A DNA stretch of 64,000 bases, from assembly GCA_951406725.2 (NCBI GenBank), contig OX597823.1, forward strand, positions 11,780,001 through 11,844,000, given 5' to 3'. Both the position numbers and the translations under genes were made by a program. Under the pieces are notes generated by a model. That model had not been told where the DNA came from. It searched no databases and saw nothing but the letters and a program-made list of their open reading frames with translations. This stretch comes from Octopus vulgaris (taxonomy: Eukaryota). Below, piece after piece: positions 14,416-27,461 of the stretch (positions within the stretch are counted from its first letter, which is position 1; every line of letters begins with the position of its first letter).

Positions 14416-14814
14416 ATAAAGGAAGAGAGGAAGAAAGATCCCGGAGCGGGCAACGAGATATAAAAACGGCTGGTGTTAGCAGTAGCACATGGTGAAAGGC
14501 GGATGTTTACGATAACAAGAGCAAAGTGGGTTTTAAAGGCAAAGAGTGGAGACAAGGTTGGTAACGCAACAGATGTGTGTGTATGTGTGAGTGTGTGCGT
14601 GTGCGTGTGTGTATGTGTGTGTGTGAGGCGAGGTAAAAAACAAAAATATATATAGGCGTATATGGTCATAGCAGCAGCATAGCAGATAAAGGTCATAGTG
14701 AGAAAAGGGAGGAAGGAGGGAGGGAGGGAAGGGTATATAGCGTGTGTTGGTATATAGTGTCGTGGTAGTATTAGTATAGATTGAATGTGTGTATATGTAT
14801 ATATATATATATAC

Positions 14815-14922
<108 letters not shown>

Positions 14923-14937
14923 AATATATATACATAA

Positions 14938-14968
<31 letters not shown>

Positions 14969-16388
14969 TATATATATATTATATATATATTATATAATAT
15001 GTGTGTATGTGTTTGTGTGCGTGCGTGTGTGTGTAATATATTATATTATATTATATCATATTAGAACTTGCAATTTTTAAAATCAAAACCCTATATTAAA
15101 GCAGGATGCATGTGACATGTGTATATGCGTTTTCCAGCTGTCTCTCATAAAAATAAAACAATTACATTTGCACTGGATTTGCTGTGACTTATTTTTTTTT
15201 TTTATATCTTTGTCTTGCATTGCACACCAAAGATATAAAATTGTAATATATATATATATATATATATATAAAACCTCCCTCTAAAATATTTTTTTGTTTC
15301 ATTTGATGTCTTATTTAAAGAGTGCCCGCAAAATATGTGTGGCTTCTGCGATATTTGAAAAGTCAATATAAAGCTTCGCCATAAGAATTTCGACAAGTTA
15401 TAGCTTAGAACCTTCGTCACATTTCCTAGAGAAACATTGCTTAAGCTTTCCTAGAAAGGCATGAACATCAAAGCACTGCATTGCTACTCATCTAAACATT
15501 CATTCCACTGTTGGAACCAGCAAATATTAAATAGATCTTTATTACAAATATTTAATCTCCTTTAGAACCTTGCAGTGGTAGGCTCTCCGTGTTGCAATAT
15601 TCCTTCAGAACTCCTTTTCTTTGGCTGTTCGTTTAGTTCTCATAAATCAGAAAATCCAAGATTTAAATTCTATCTCAAAAAATCACCACCAACAGCAGCA
15701 GCAGCAGCAGCAGCACTTACTGTTGCTAATCATAAATTTCCCTTTATATTCGGTTTCATATATCAAAGCCAATCCTTTCTATTTTATTCCATTTTTATTT
15801 TTCTTTCAATTTTCTAGAAATATATTCACACCCACACATTCACATTCACCCCCATCTCGCACACACACATTTCTCAGCTGCGATTGTGTTGAAAAAAGTT
15901 GCTCATGAATGAAAATAAATAAAGGCAATTTTCAGTTTCTTTGCCTATGCAATTTATATATCGAGTATTTTGAGAATTTATTTAACATGCTGCTGGCCAC
16001 CTTAATAGAAAGACCAGATAATGAAGTAAACATACGAAGGGTTTGTAATCCTGTCCTTTACACGGAGCCGTGTTTTTGAGAAATGTAATTCTTAGTGACT
16101 TGCACCATTTAACTATGAAGGGACAGTAGAAGTAAGTTGTCAATGTTTATCTCTATATTAACCTCGATCGAGCAAATCTAGAATCACAGGCGTTCCAGTC
16201 GTGACTATTCCGTCTTCTTATTTGGACACCCTGTATTCCACCTAATGTCTTTTTTTTTTTTACAAAAATATTAGGTGTAAAGAAGTTCCTTTGGTGCTCA
16301 GGTCCGATCAAAAACATACTAGATGTGACCACCACCTCTTTAAAATATTCTATGTAGAACTACATTATCTAATGTGTCATTTTCTTAA

Positions 16389-16933
16389 CTCTTTGGCATT
16401 TAAACGGGCCATATCCGGCCCAAATATTCGACCTGTTTTATGTTGAAACCAGCTAAATCCCACCCCTCACTCCTAACCTACAATGTCCTTCTAAAAAACA
16501 ATCCCATCATTGAAATTTTGACGCTACAAAATAATGCATGGTTACAGTTCTATATTTAAGAGACGAGGAATTATGCACATTATTTATATTCGACGGGGGC
16601 ATATGGCGTAGTGGTTAAGAGCGCGGGCTACTAACCCCAAGATTTCAAGTTCGATTCCGAGCAGTGGGCTGAACAACAACAACAACAACAACAATAATAA
16701 TAATATTAACGAAAAAAACCTTATGAATGAGAACCCAGGTTCGATATTTCCCCAAGTCAACTGATGGAGGCTGAGGTGTATATCAGCCGAAACGTTGTGT
16801 TAGCAACAAACAAGATGAGGACAAATATCCGTCGAATGTAAATAATGTAAATAATGTACCAATGCATGGTTAATGCGAAACGATATGAATAAATAAGAAT
16901 TACATTTCACAGAATAATCTGAATGCTAAAGGG
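16389..16933. mobile_element. piggyBac-like MITE interrupted by the 16545-16860 insertion
   Basis: TTAA|CTCTTTGGCATTTAAA ... TCTGAATGCTAAAGGG|ATAA: imperfect TIRs and a degenerate TTAA target. Confidence 0.6.
16545..16860 (+). mobile_element. tRNA-head retroposon with hammerhead-like motif and inverted terminal segment, 12-bp TSD
   Basis: TSD AATGCATGGTTA at 16533-16544 and 16861-16872. A box TGGCGTAGTGG 16604-16614, B box AGTTCGATTCC 16648-16658. CTGATGG-A-GGCTGA-loop-TCAGCC-GAAA-CGTT at 16761-16796. ACATTATTTATATTCGACGG near the 5' end is the inverse of CCGTCGAATGTAAATAATGT near the 3' end. Confidence 0.78.
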
Positions 16934-16966
16934 ATAAGACAGTAAATGACGGAAACAAGTAAAAGA

Positions 16967-17136
16967 GGACAGGAGTGGCCGTGTGGTAAGTAGCTTGCTA
17001 ACCAACCACATGGTTCCGGGTTCAGTCCCACTGCGTGGCATCTTGGGCAAGTGTCTTCTGCTATAGCCTCGGGCCGACCAATGCCTTGTGAGTGGATTTG
17101 GTAGACGGAAACTGAAAGAAGCCTGTCGTATATATG

Positions 17137-17169
<33 letters not shown>

Positions 17170-17393
17170 ATGTATTTGTGTGTCTGTGTTTGTCCCCCTA
17201 GCATTGCTTGACAACCGATGCTGGTGTGTTTACGTCCCCGTCACTTAGCGGTTCGGCAAAAAGAGACCGATAGAATAAGTACTGGGCTTACAAAGAATAA
17301 GTCCTGGGGTCGATTTGCTTGACTAAAGGCGGTGCTCCAGCATGGTCGCAGTCAAATGACTGAAACAAGTAAAAGAGTAAAAGAGTAAGAGTA
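16967..17393 (+). mobile_element. Full-length family A SINE (tRNA head, CORE/V-like CTTGGGCAAGT block, internal microsatellite, GTAAAAGA tail)
   Basis: CAGGAGTGGCCGTGTGGTAAG (A box)...GGGTTCAGTCCC (B box)...(TA)n(TG)n...GCATGGTCGCAGTCAAATGACTGAAACAAGTAAAAGAGTAAAAGAG. Confidence 0.92.
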
Positions 17394-17495
17394 TTTCAGT
17401 TGTATACAATAGCTGTTTTATAGTTCATTTTTTCGATGGGAAAACATGCATACAATATACGTACAAGCGGCACATTTATAAAATGCCGTCTCTTC

Positions 17496-17968
<473 letters not shown>

Positions 17969-18991
17969 GTGTGTACATATATTTTATACATGGCACTCAA
18001 TATGTTAAAGTGTGGTCTAATGAAATGCCCTGCGGTTAAACCGAAGTTTATTTCTTTAATCGTAAATATAATATGACCGAATAGTTATAAAATTCACTTT
18101 GTTGCAGGAAATACCTGGTTCGATTCTACTGCATCTTGACAAACGTCATTTTTTAAGGTATGGGTCTACCCATACCTTGTGAGTGAAATAGGGTTGACGG
18201 AAACTGTGCGGAAGTCCGTCGAATGGATTGTATTTGTGATACATAAGGTTCAGCGTTGTCACTCACCGAGTTCACGCTGATTATTCCTGAGGATTTTAGG
18301 CAAAGGTTTGATGTCTCTGTGGAAAGCTCAGCCTCTAACACATCAATTCTGGAGCGGGTAATTCAGCTGCTCAAACAAATGAATCCTCGTCGTCGAACGA
18401 CGGAGATCCACTACCAACACCACCACCACATCTACAAATAACACCACCGCTGCCACCGCCATTGCCGCCACCGTCGCCGTCGCCTCCGCCACCACCACCA
18501 CCGCCTCCTCCGCCTCTTTCACCGCCACCGCCTCTTCAGCCACTACCACTGTTACCACCACTATTACTAGCATCACTATTTCTTTAACCGGTAATGTTGA
18601 AATGAGATCTTCCTAAGGGAAACATCCAACATAGACAAGTGGTTCAACCGAGGGGTAAACGACTTTTCTAAGTCTGCCATTGCTTAGAAATGTTGGTTAT
18701 TAAAAACTTCAGAACTCCTTCACTACAACATTATATCTCAGACAATATATACTGCAGTCTGGCCACCTGATGTCACAGTTTTCTAAATTCACTCACTTGT
18801 TTATTCCGACTTCCAAGCATACCTTATGCTTATGCATAATGTATGCTCATTAATAAATTATGTTCATGTTCATGAATAAATTAGATTTTTCACTCTACCA
18901 AAAAGAAGACGTTAAAAATTATAATCTTCGTTTGATAATTATCAAACAAAACCAATATTACGATTTCTCACATGATTATGTATTAATCATG

Positions 18992-19408
18992 GGATCTTTT
19001 CGGTTTGAACGGCAGTTTTTTCTAACGGTGTCATATGAAATTGTCACCCATAATTATGACCCTAGAATCGATCTATTGCATTTCAATCTCTTTTAGGGTT
19101 AGGGTTAGGGGTGGGGGAAGGGTATCTTTTTTCTTCACAAATGTAAATAAACCCAATCTGTTTCTTAAATGAGGGACATATTCATACGGCACAGAATGTT
19201 TTTTTTACCTCTATAGACGTCATTGATTGGTTGAAATTGCAGAAATTGAAGAAAAACAACAATAAATATCTTACAAACTATAGAATTTTCTCAATAAAGC
19301 CAAGAGAAAAAGATGTTTTATAAACTCATTCTACCAGTATACGAAGTTTAAAATTTTTTAGTTACCTAGAAATTAAGTTGAAAACTGCCGTTCAAACCGA
19401 AAAGATCC
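18992..19408 (+). mobile_element. MITE (GG...CC ends, 8-bp TSD, Merlin-like) carrying (TTAGGG)3
   Basis: TIR GGATCTTTTCGGTTTGAACGGCAGTTTT. TSD TAATCATG at 18984-18991 and 19409-19416. Second copy at 42337-42759. Confidence 0.9.
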
Positions 19409-19535
19409 TAATCATGAGCAAACTGCGGCCCGTAGGTGTTTCTGAATGGGACGCCGTCGAAAAATTGCTTCAAAGTTTTTTAGTACTGCGGCCCACCTCA
19501 TGTGGCCTGCTTCACGAAAAAGGTCGCTCATGCCT
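19409..19535. mobile_element. Possible short hAT-like MITE remnant
   Basis: CATGAGCAAACTGCGGCCC ... GCGGCCC ... CGCTCATGCCTG: partial TIR with GCGGCCC subterminal motifs. Left end overlaps the TSD of the adjacent MITE. Confidence 0.4.
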
Positions 19536-19970
19536 GTTATAAGGTGATACATTTATCTTGTAAGGAAGGATATCAAAAGGTAATATCGATCCTGGTGAAG
19601 TTTATGATATCAGAACGGAGAAGGGACAAGACTAAGCACTAAAAGTTAATTATTCTGGCACTATACGGTTTTTTCCAACATCAATGCCGGACTACTGTAG
19701 CGAATTTTGGCTACGGTAGTCCGGCATTCTATTGTCTGGCACTGCAGCATATGCATTTCAAGATACGAATGGATATAAATAGAAAATAATCATTTGTTTA
19801 TATTTCAGGTCTGGTGACATAGCTGAGATAAAATATGTTTCTTATTTCTTTACTGCCCACAAGGGGCTACACACAGAGGGGACAAACAAGGACAGAGAAA
19901 GGGATTAAGTTGATTATATCGACACCAGTGCGTAACTGGTACTTATTTAATCGACCCCAAAAAGATGAAA

Positions 19971-20684
19971 GCATATTCGGCATATTTTGTTTTATGAGTT
20001 CAAAAAAGGCAACAACGCAACGAAAAGTGCGAGGAATATTAATGCAGCATATGGGGATCGGACAATAAGCGTAAGCCAGCGTCAACGGTGGTTCCAAAAA
20101 TTCCGGGCCTTGCCTAAAAGACGCGCCTCGTCCTGGAAGATCTGTAGAGCTCGGTGAGTACGTCTTGCAAAACCTGGTGGAACGAAGTCCCAAGGTAACT
20201 GTTGATGAACTTGCAGAGAAGATTGGATTTGATTAGTCAACTAGTTATTCAAGTCAGCGCGAGAAGAAATACATCCATTTTTGGTTTCAAGACGAAAGGT
20301 GTTCTTCCACCGGGATAATGCTCGGCCACATACAGCAAGGTTGACATTCCAAAGGCTGGAGCAGTTTGAATGGGAAACGATACCCCACCCACCATATGTG
20401 CCGGACATTGCTCTATCTGATTATCATTTATTCCGTAGTCTTCAAAATCATTTGGACGGAAAAAATATGAATTCTGTAGACGAGATCGGAACACTACTGA
20501 TGGAGTATTTTTCGTCACGGACAAGTGAATTTTGGAAGAGGGGCTTTGTAAGTCAACAGATAGATGAAAGAGCATTGTAGAAAATGAAGGAGAGTGTATT
20601 TTAAATTAAAAAAGACATTTGTTTATCTTAATTTTGAAAAATAAAAGAAGTATAAAAATCTGCATTATTTATGGGATGACCCAA
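19971..20684 (+). mobile_element. Internally deleted mariner transposon relic
   Basis: Translates HIRHILFYEFKKGNNAT...RWFQKFR and FHRDNARPH...HPPYVPDIALSDYHLFRSLQ (mariner YSPDLAPSD-type motif). Right TIR GCATTATTTATGGGATGACCCAA|TA. 5' end replaced by a family B SINE fragment (19838-19970). Confidence 0.9.
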
Positions 20685-20796
20685 TATATATATATATATA
20701 TATATACGCATATATATTTGTTTGCCTGTACATAAACCTGTGTATGTGCGTATATATATACACATGCATGCATACATACATACATACATACATACA

Positions 20797-20872
<76 letters not shown>

Positions 20873-21301
20873 TATATATATAATTAAAAGGTCACTTTAC
20901 TTCTTTATTCGTTTAATATGTGTAATTACATTTTCACAATAAATATAATTACATTTTTCTGGTTATTTAATCAAGTTTCCTTTAATACGGTGCCTTATTA
21001 GATTTCGCTTAATTAAATATAGCCTGATTAGGTTTCACTTAACTCAATATAGCCTTGAAATGCAAAATCTTTACATTCTTACCAGTAAATGACTTGAGAG
21101 AATGGAGCCCTAGTTTCTTTAAAAGCTTCAATTTACAGTGATTTAGAAAAAAGCAATTTATACGGGGCAAGCAAACTAGGAAGAATGAACGTAGTCACTT
21201 GAATATCTAGAAAGAAGGACTAAATCTACCTAGAATTGCACCCTGCTGTCATAGAAAAGGACTACACAATTATGGTCCTGGGTACATCTTATATGGAGCA
21301 A

Positions 21302-21520
21302 AGGCGAGCTGGCAGAAACGTTAGCTCGCCGGGCGAAAGCGTAGCGGTATTTCGTCTGCCGCTACGTTCTGAGTTCAAATTCTGCCGAGGTCGACTTTGC
21401 CTTTCATCCTTTCGGGGTCGACAAATTAAGTACCAGTTACGCACTGGAGTCGATATAATCGACTTAATCCGTTTGTCCTCTCTGTTTTTAGCCCCTTGTG
21501 GGTAGTAAAGAAATAGGTAT
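21302..21520 (+). mobile_element. Family B SINE
   Basis: Matches 8008-8239. Confidence 0.9.
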
Positions 21521-21802
21521 CAACACTGTTAGATGAGTGAAATTTTTGTCCATAGCCATACTCAGCCAAAGCTGACTAACAGCCATAGGGAACATAAATA
21601 GATCCTACTTCTGTTGACATTCATGTGATCTAGATCCTTATTATCATTGGCGCCAAACACCCGAAATGCATCAAAGAAATATAGAGGCTTGAAACACATG
21701 TCGAACAGGGTTCACACAGCTTTTAACCATACCATGGCACCAACTACGACAATTTTACTTTTTTGTCTGTTATTTCGACTCCAATACTTAATTCGGGCTG
21801 GT

Positions 21803-22037
21803 ACCTATTTCTTTACCACACACAAGGGGCTAAAATCAGAGAGGACAAACAAGGACAGACAAACGGATTAAGTCGATTATATCGACTCCAGTGCGTAACT
21901 GGTACTTAATTTGTCGACCCCGAAAGGATGAAAGGCAAAGTCGACCTCGGCAGAATTTGAACTCAGAACGTAGCGGCAGACGAATTACCGCAAAGCATTT
22001 CACCTGGCGTGCTAACGTTTCTGCCAGCTCGCCGCCT
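21803..22037 (-). mobile_element. Family B SINE
   Basis: Reverse complement of the consensus. TTCGGGCT flanks both sides. Confidence 0.9.
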
Positions 22038-22656
22038 TTCGGGCTAGCACCTAAATATATGAATTATGCATCAAATGATTAGTTCCCTCTACTGACTGCC
22101 GCGGTTCGGGCTTTTCAGGATAGCAAGTCGTGCAATCAGTGGCTTGGATTACTCCGGGCCATTGGACAACGCATAATCAAACGACTAAACTCTGTTTAGT
22201 CGAGTGAACATGCTTTATTGCACTATTTTCAAGGCAATAGATATTTTCCCATTTTTGGAAAATGACATTTTTCCAAAACATACCTCCAGCACACACATAC
22301 ACACACTCACACACTTACACACACAAACACACACACATGCACACACTCAGACACACACACGTTAGCTGTATTGACCCTTGATCATATTGTGACCCTACAT
22401 AGTTTTATCGAGTAATGATATAGCTCTTCTTTCATTTTGTTTGTGCTGAAATTTTTTAATAGTATATAAATCTCAATCAGAATTCTCGGCCGTGAATTTC
22501 CTGTTTTTCAGTAAATGGAACGCTCTGATCATTGAATTAGTGTTCAGTTGGCTAAATTCCAAGGAATTACCAAAAACAATAAAGAATGCACTTACTTAAC
22601 ATGGTCCTCGTTTGGACCGAACTGATATGAAGCCACTCGTTTGCAAAGTGATCTTA

Positions 22657-22968
22657 TTTTATTTTTTATTTATGCGCCATTTTCAAGCCTAGCCAGGCTC
22701 ATGGGCCCGGTTTCCCGGTTTCTGTGGCGTATGTGTTCCCCCCAGCTGGACGGGACACCAGTCCATCGCAGCGTTACTCAAGAAACAGGAAGAAAGAGTA
22801 AGTTGAACAGAAGAGTACAAAAGAAGTCGTCACCACCCTCTGCCGGAGCTTCGTGGAGCTTTAGGTGTTTTCACTCAATAAATACACACAACGCCCGGTC
22901 TGGGAATCGAAACCACGATCCTCCGACCGCGAGTCTGCTGCCCTAACCACTGGGCCATTGCGCCTCCA
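22657..22968 (-). mobile_element. Family C SINE head with an alternative tail
   Basis: Head GGAGGCGCAATGGCCCAGTGGTTAGGG...GGTTTCGATTCCC. Tail contains GCGATGGACTGGTGTCCCGTCCAG. TSD CAAAGTGATCTTA at 22644-22656 and 22969-22981. Confidence 0.88.
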
Positions 22969-23100
22969 CAAAGTGATCTTAACTACACAGTTATTCATAC
23001 ACATAGGAATATTGAAGTCACACATTTCTTTATAAATAGTTAGCCATAAGAGAAAAGTGGTTTGATAGAAGCGTTACGGTGCTGGACAAAAATACCTTAA

Positions 23101-23493
23101 CCCCTTCAGTCACGGATAAAAAAGTAAAACTAATTTAAAATTTTTATTTTTTATTTAGACCAAAATATATGTGAATAGCACATATTGAGTAAAGGTTTTA
23201 AAATTTTCAATATTGAATATGCTTAATTTTTGGCATAGATAAATAAAAATTTTGCTAACTCTCGGTAGAAAAAATAGCAATTTACTTACATCTGTGAGAT
23301 TTACAAGATGCTTAGCCATTCTTTATGACTTGTGAGCAAGCACTGAGTCAGAACCGCGTGGTCTTGGTTATATGTGAGTTTTAGAGGTGTTCAATGAACT
23401 GATATCTGTGACTCAACTTAATTACAATTTATATTTCTTTCGTAATGCATGCTGAAAAATTATCCAATACATTGGACAAAGTGACTGAAGTGG
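23101..23493. mobile_element. piggyBac-like MITE inserted into a degenerate family B SINE
   Basis: TTAA|CCCCTTCAGTCAC ... GTGACTGAAGTGG|GTAA: 13-bp TIR with 1 mismatch. SINE-like sequence continues on both sides. Confidence 0.65.
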
Positions 23494-25204
23494 GTAAAGT
23501 AATATTTCCGGAGTTTTACGTTCTGAGTTCAAATGTCGGCGAAGTCCGCTTTCCTTTACATCCCTCAGGAGCCAATAAAATTAAACACCAATCTGTCCGT
23601 GGGGCCAATAGTACCGAATGACAGAGTACTGTCAAAACTGCTGTCGTTGTGCCTAAATTAGAAACAATATTTAACATTAAAGACGGGTTTTCGTAGAATC
23701 CTTTGACTGTCGGAATTTGTTTATAGTTCTCAACATCCTGAGTTCAAATCCTTTTGAAGTAATGTTTGTCTTTCCCCATTCTCGGGATCGATGAAGTAAA
23801 GTACCATTTAACTACTGGTGTTGATTATATCCTTTTCTAGAACTGTTTCGTCATGTACCTTGGACCGAAATAGTTTGGAGGATTAAGACACACTCGTTCA
23901 TCAACCGGGGAAGGGCCTTTCACTGTCAATTTGAAGGTAAAAAGATTTCCCGATCTAATCTTCCTTAGAATTGAAAGACAGAAAAAAATAAAAGAAAGAA
24001 AGAAAACAGTTATCTATAAGCTACACATCTAGGATTCAAAATGACGGCAAAATTGTTATCTTGTTGGTAATGATTCGAATTCGAGAAAGTCAATTTCGCA
24101 ATTCTTGCCCGTAAAACCTGCACAAATGATTTGTTTATAGTGATCAAACGTATGTGTGACACATTAGCTCACTCCCTCAATCAAATCGACGTTACCTGAA
24201 CAGGTGTACTACACGTCAGGTGTCGATATGATTGCAGAGCAGCGTGAAATGAAAATGAACCCAGGCCAAACATTGTATGTATGACGGGAAAAGAAAAGGT
24301 TAAAAAGAAAATGGAAGAGTATCAATGGTGTGACAGAGGACCGATCAGGTATGCAGTGATTGGAAAAGGACGAATGGACGAGTTTATGGAAATGTGTGAA
24401 AGGGAGGATTGGGAAGTAAGTGAAGTGAGAATGGTCAAAAAAATCATGAGGGATTTGGAAGAGACGTTTGAAAAAAGGATGGAGATGGAAGGATTTTGTA
24501 TAGGAACTGAACAAGGAGCATTTGTGTGGGATTAACAACTAAAGGACAGGTAAGTGATGCTAGCGGATGGGGCCGTTAGCATCACTTTCATAATATCATT
24601 TTCCAAATTCATCTTTCATTCTTTGTGATCGTGATGTTCTATGTCCCCAATGTTTGTAGTGTCCCCCTCTGTGTGGCCCCTCGTGGGTAATAAAGAAAAA
24701 GAAGTGTTTTGCTAAAAAAATTAAAAAAAAATTCACCGCCTGGTCCGCAAAGCGAAAGTACGAAACCGCTCCCACCCACAAATAAACTTAACGTACCTTT
24801 AACTACAGCAAACACAATCTATAAAATGTCTGCACTGGGTGGTCCGAGAACTAATTTAGCAGATTATCTTATCATGGTAGACTAGAAGGAAAATTCGACC
24901 GCCACGTGATTTTCTCAGTGAGTCATTATACACCATACAAGATTTAAAAAAAAACAAAAAGAAAGAAAGAAAAGAAACAGCGAAACAATAATTAGAATAT
25001 TGATAAGTAATTGTCTCATGTATTGCATGGTGCTGGCATAGCTGTGTAGCTACGCAGTTCGCCTTGTAACAACGTCATTCCCAATACGATCCTACTGTAC
25101 GGTATATTGAGCAGGCATGAGTTGACAAACACCTCGGAATTAGGTGGACTTAGGCAAACAAAACCTGTGGGAAGAATCCCGTCGTGCTCGCACACGTGCG
25201 TGTG

Positions 25205-25245
<41 letters not shown>

Positions 25246-25335
25246 ATATATACGTACTATATGTGTTATACGTGCAGTATGTATGTACACACATGCAATA
25301 TGTATATACACATATACATTCATATACACACAATA

Positions 25336-25385
<50 letters not shown>

Positions 25386-25388
<3 letters not shown>

Positions 25389-25955
25389 GGTGTCCCCAAA
25401 AAATGTATACGCATTTTAGCAGCTGATAACTCAATTATTTATTCTTTCTTTATAGACTGAACCCATTGAACCGAGTGATGGCAGCCAGACTTGACTTTGA
25501 AGAAAGGAAATTTATTCTAAAATGCTACCGGAAGTATGAAAACGCAGTAGAAGTGCAAAGACAATTTAGGAGGGAGTTTAACAAAGAACCACCAACACGA
25601 GTTACCATCACTCGAATTAGAGATAAGTTTGAAGCTGATGGAACTGTTCAGGACGTCCATAAGAAGCGTTCCGGAAGACCACGTACATCGACAAGCCCCA
25701 CAAAAGAAGAAAGATTACTGGAAACTTTTCAACGAAGTCCAAGAAAGTCTTTGCGGCAAGCTAGTCGTGAGATAGGCATTTCAAAATCATCTGTCCATCG
25801 CATCATGAAACGTTGTCAATGGAGATGAACATGCGATAACAAGACAATAGAATGATATTTGTAAATTCTTTTACATGTTGAAAATTATTCGAATTATAAT
25901 AAGCCCCAAATTTACAATTATTTAAGGTGTGTATACATTTTTTTGGGACACCCTG
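25386..25955 (+). mobile_element. Internally deleted IS630/Tc1/mariner element retaining only the N-terminal HTH ORF
   Basis: TA|CAGGGTGTCCCCAAAAAATGTATAC ... GTATACATTTTTTTGGGACACCCTG|TA. ORF 25478-25828 [17 protein letters not shown]...VQRQFRREF...[10 protein letters not shown]...RSGRPRTS...[25 protein letters not shown] (DUF4817-like HTH plus second HTH). No DDE/D domain. Confidence 0.92.
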
Positions 25956-25972
25956 TATATATATATATATAT

Positions 25973-26031
<59 letters not shown>

Positions 26032-26609
26032 GACACTAAATATGTGTGTGCATGTATGTTTGTTCGTTCGAAGCACTAACTCTCCATAAATTTTATGTCT
26101 TTAAAATTTTTATGTTTTATAAAGGTTTCTTACCTTGTCGTTAAAAGGTCGAAATAGGGAGTAATAAACAGTCGACAATTGAAGAGGAGTAAGACTTATT
26201 TTGCTATTTTGTCCTGTACTTGTCTCTCATTATATGTTTACGTATTTTTCACTCGTTGGTAATCTTCTGTACTTTAATGTATTTTATATACATACATACA
26301 TACATACATACATACATACATACATACATACATACATACATACATACATACACACACATATATATATATATAATCAAAACAAGCAACAAGAATATCTTCG
26401 GTAATTTGGTACGATCGTTTCACGCTACATCATTTTATTAAATATTGTAAGTAAGCATGAAACGATCGTATCAAATTACCGAAGATATTCTTGTTGCTTA
26501 TTTTGATTATAATCACCCAATGGATTTATATGGATAACACCATACTAAATTCTGGTGCATCTAACTTAAGTACCATATTCATTTGAATCTAAATTTTGCT
26601 GAAATTATT

Positions 26610-26695
<86 letters not shown>

Positions 26696-27282
26696 AAGAA
26701 AGAGAGAGAGAGACAAACACGCATACACAAACACACACACATATACACACAGGTGGGGACACTTAAAAGAAAACATCAAACCCAAAAGAAAATCCTAATT
26801 CTTTCTTCAACAAGACATTCATCACAATATACACACCGATCAACACACAGCTGGTCACATATTGAAAGGACATTCAACACAATATACACGCACACGCAGG
26901 TGGACATAAAACCCATTCAATAAATGCTTTTAAGCTATTCCCTTGGCAGAAACCTACTGAGATTTTTCTTAGACAATAGACAACTACACACCCTCTCTTT
27001 CTCTCTAACACCTTGAACTCTTTACCAAACCATATTTAAAAAGACTTCAACGAAAATAACTCCAGCCATGTTTTTGACTCCCACAGAGAAGATAAGCTGT
27101 TTACACTTCAAATTTTTACTCATTTTAACTAATATTTGATAAGATGAGATTCATCATCGAAAACGGTAAAATTCTATATTTTCTTTATATAATTTTAAAA
27201 TCCTTTTATTAAATTCTTTCTAAATTGAAATGTCTTAGATTTACTTCCGTGCTATTTCCACCTCCATCTTATATATAATCTT

Positions 27283-27328
<46 letters not shown>

Positions 27329-27423
27329 CGGAGTAAACACATAAATGTGAAACAAGGTGGAAAAAAGAGTACTCAAATACCAGTAATATGTTTTATTTAA
27401 AGCAGCAGAAAATTCAACAAAAC

Positions 27424-27461
27424 CTGTTACTCTGAGTTTCTCGTTGCCGTTCATCGGACAG
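27424..27461 (-). ncRNA. Type I hammerhead-like motif within an inverted repeat
   Basis: Minus strand CTGT-CCGATGA-ACG-GCAA-CGA-GAAA-CTC-A-GAG-TA-ACAG: stem I 4 bp, GCAA-capped stem II with one mismatch, GUA site. Confidence 0.65.

Noticed and set aside
24281-24535. 84-aa purine-rich ORF
   Set aside because: No recognisable motif or splice support. It may be a decayed retroelement fragment but cannot be assigned.
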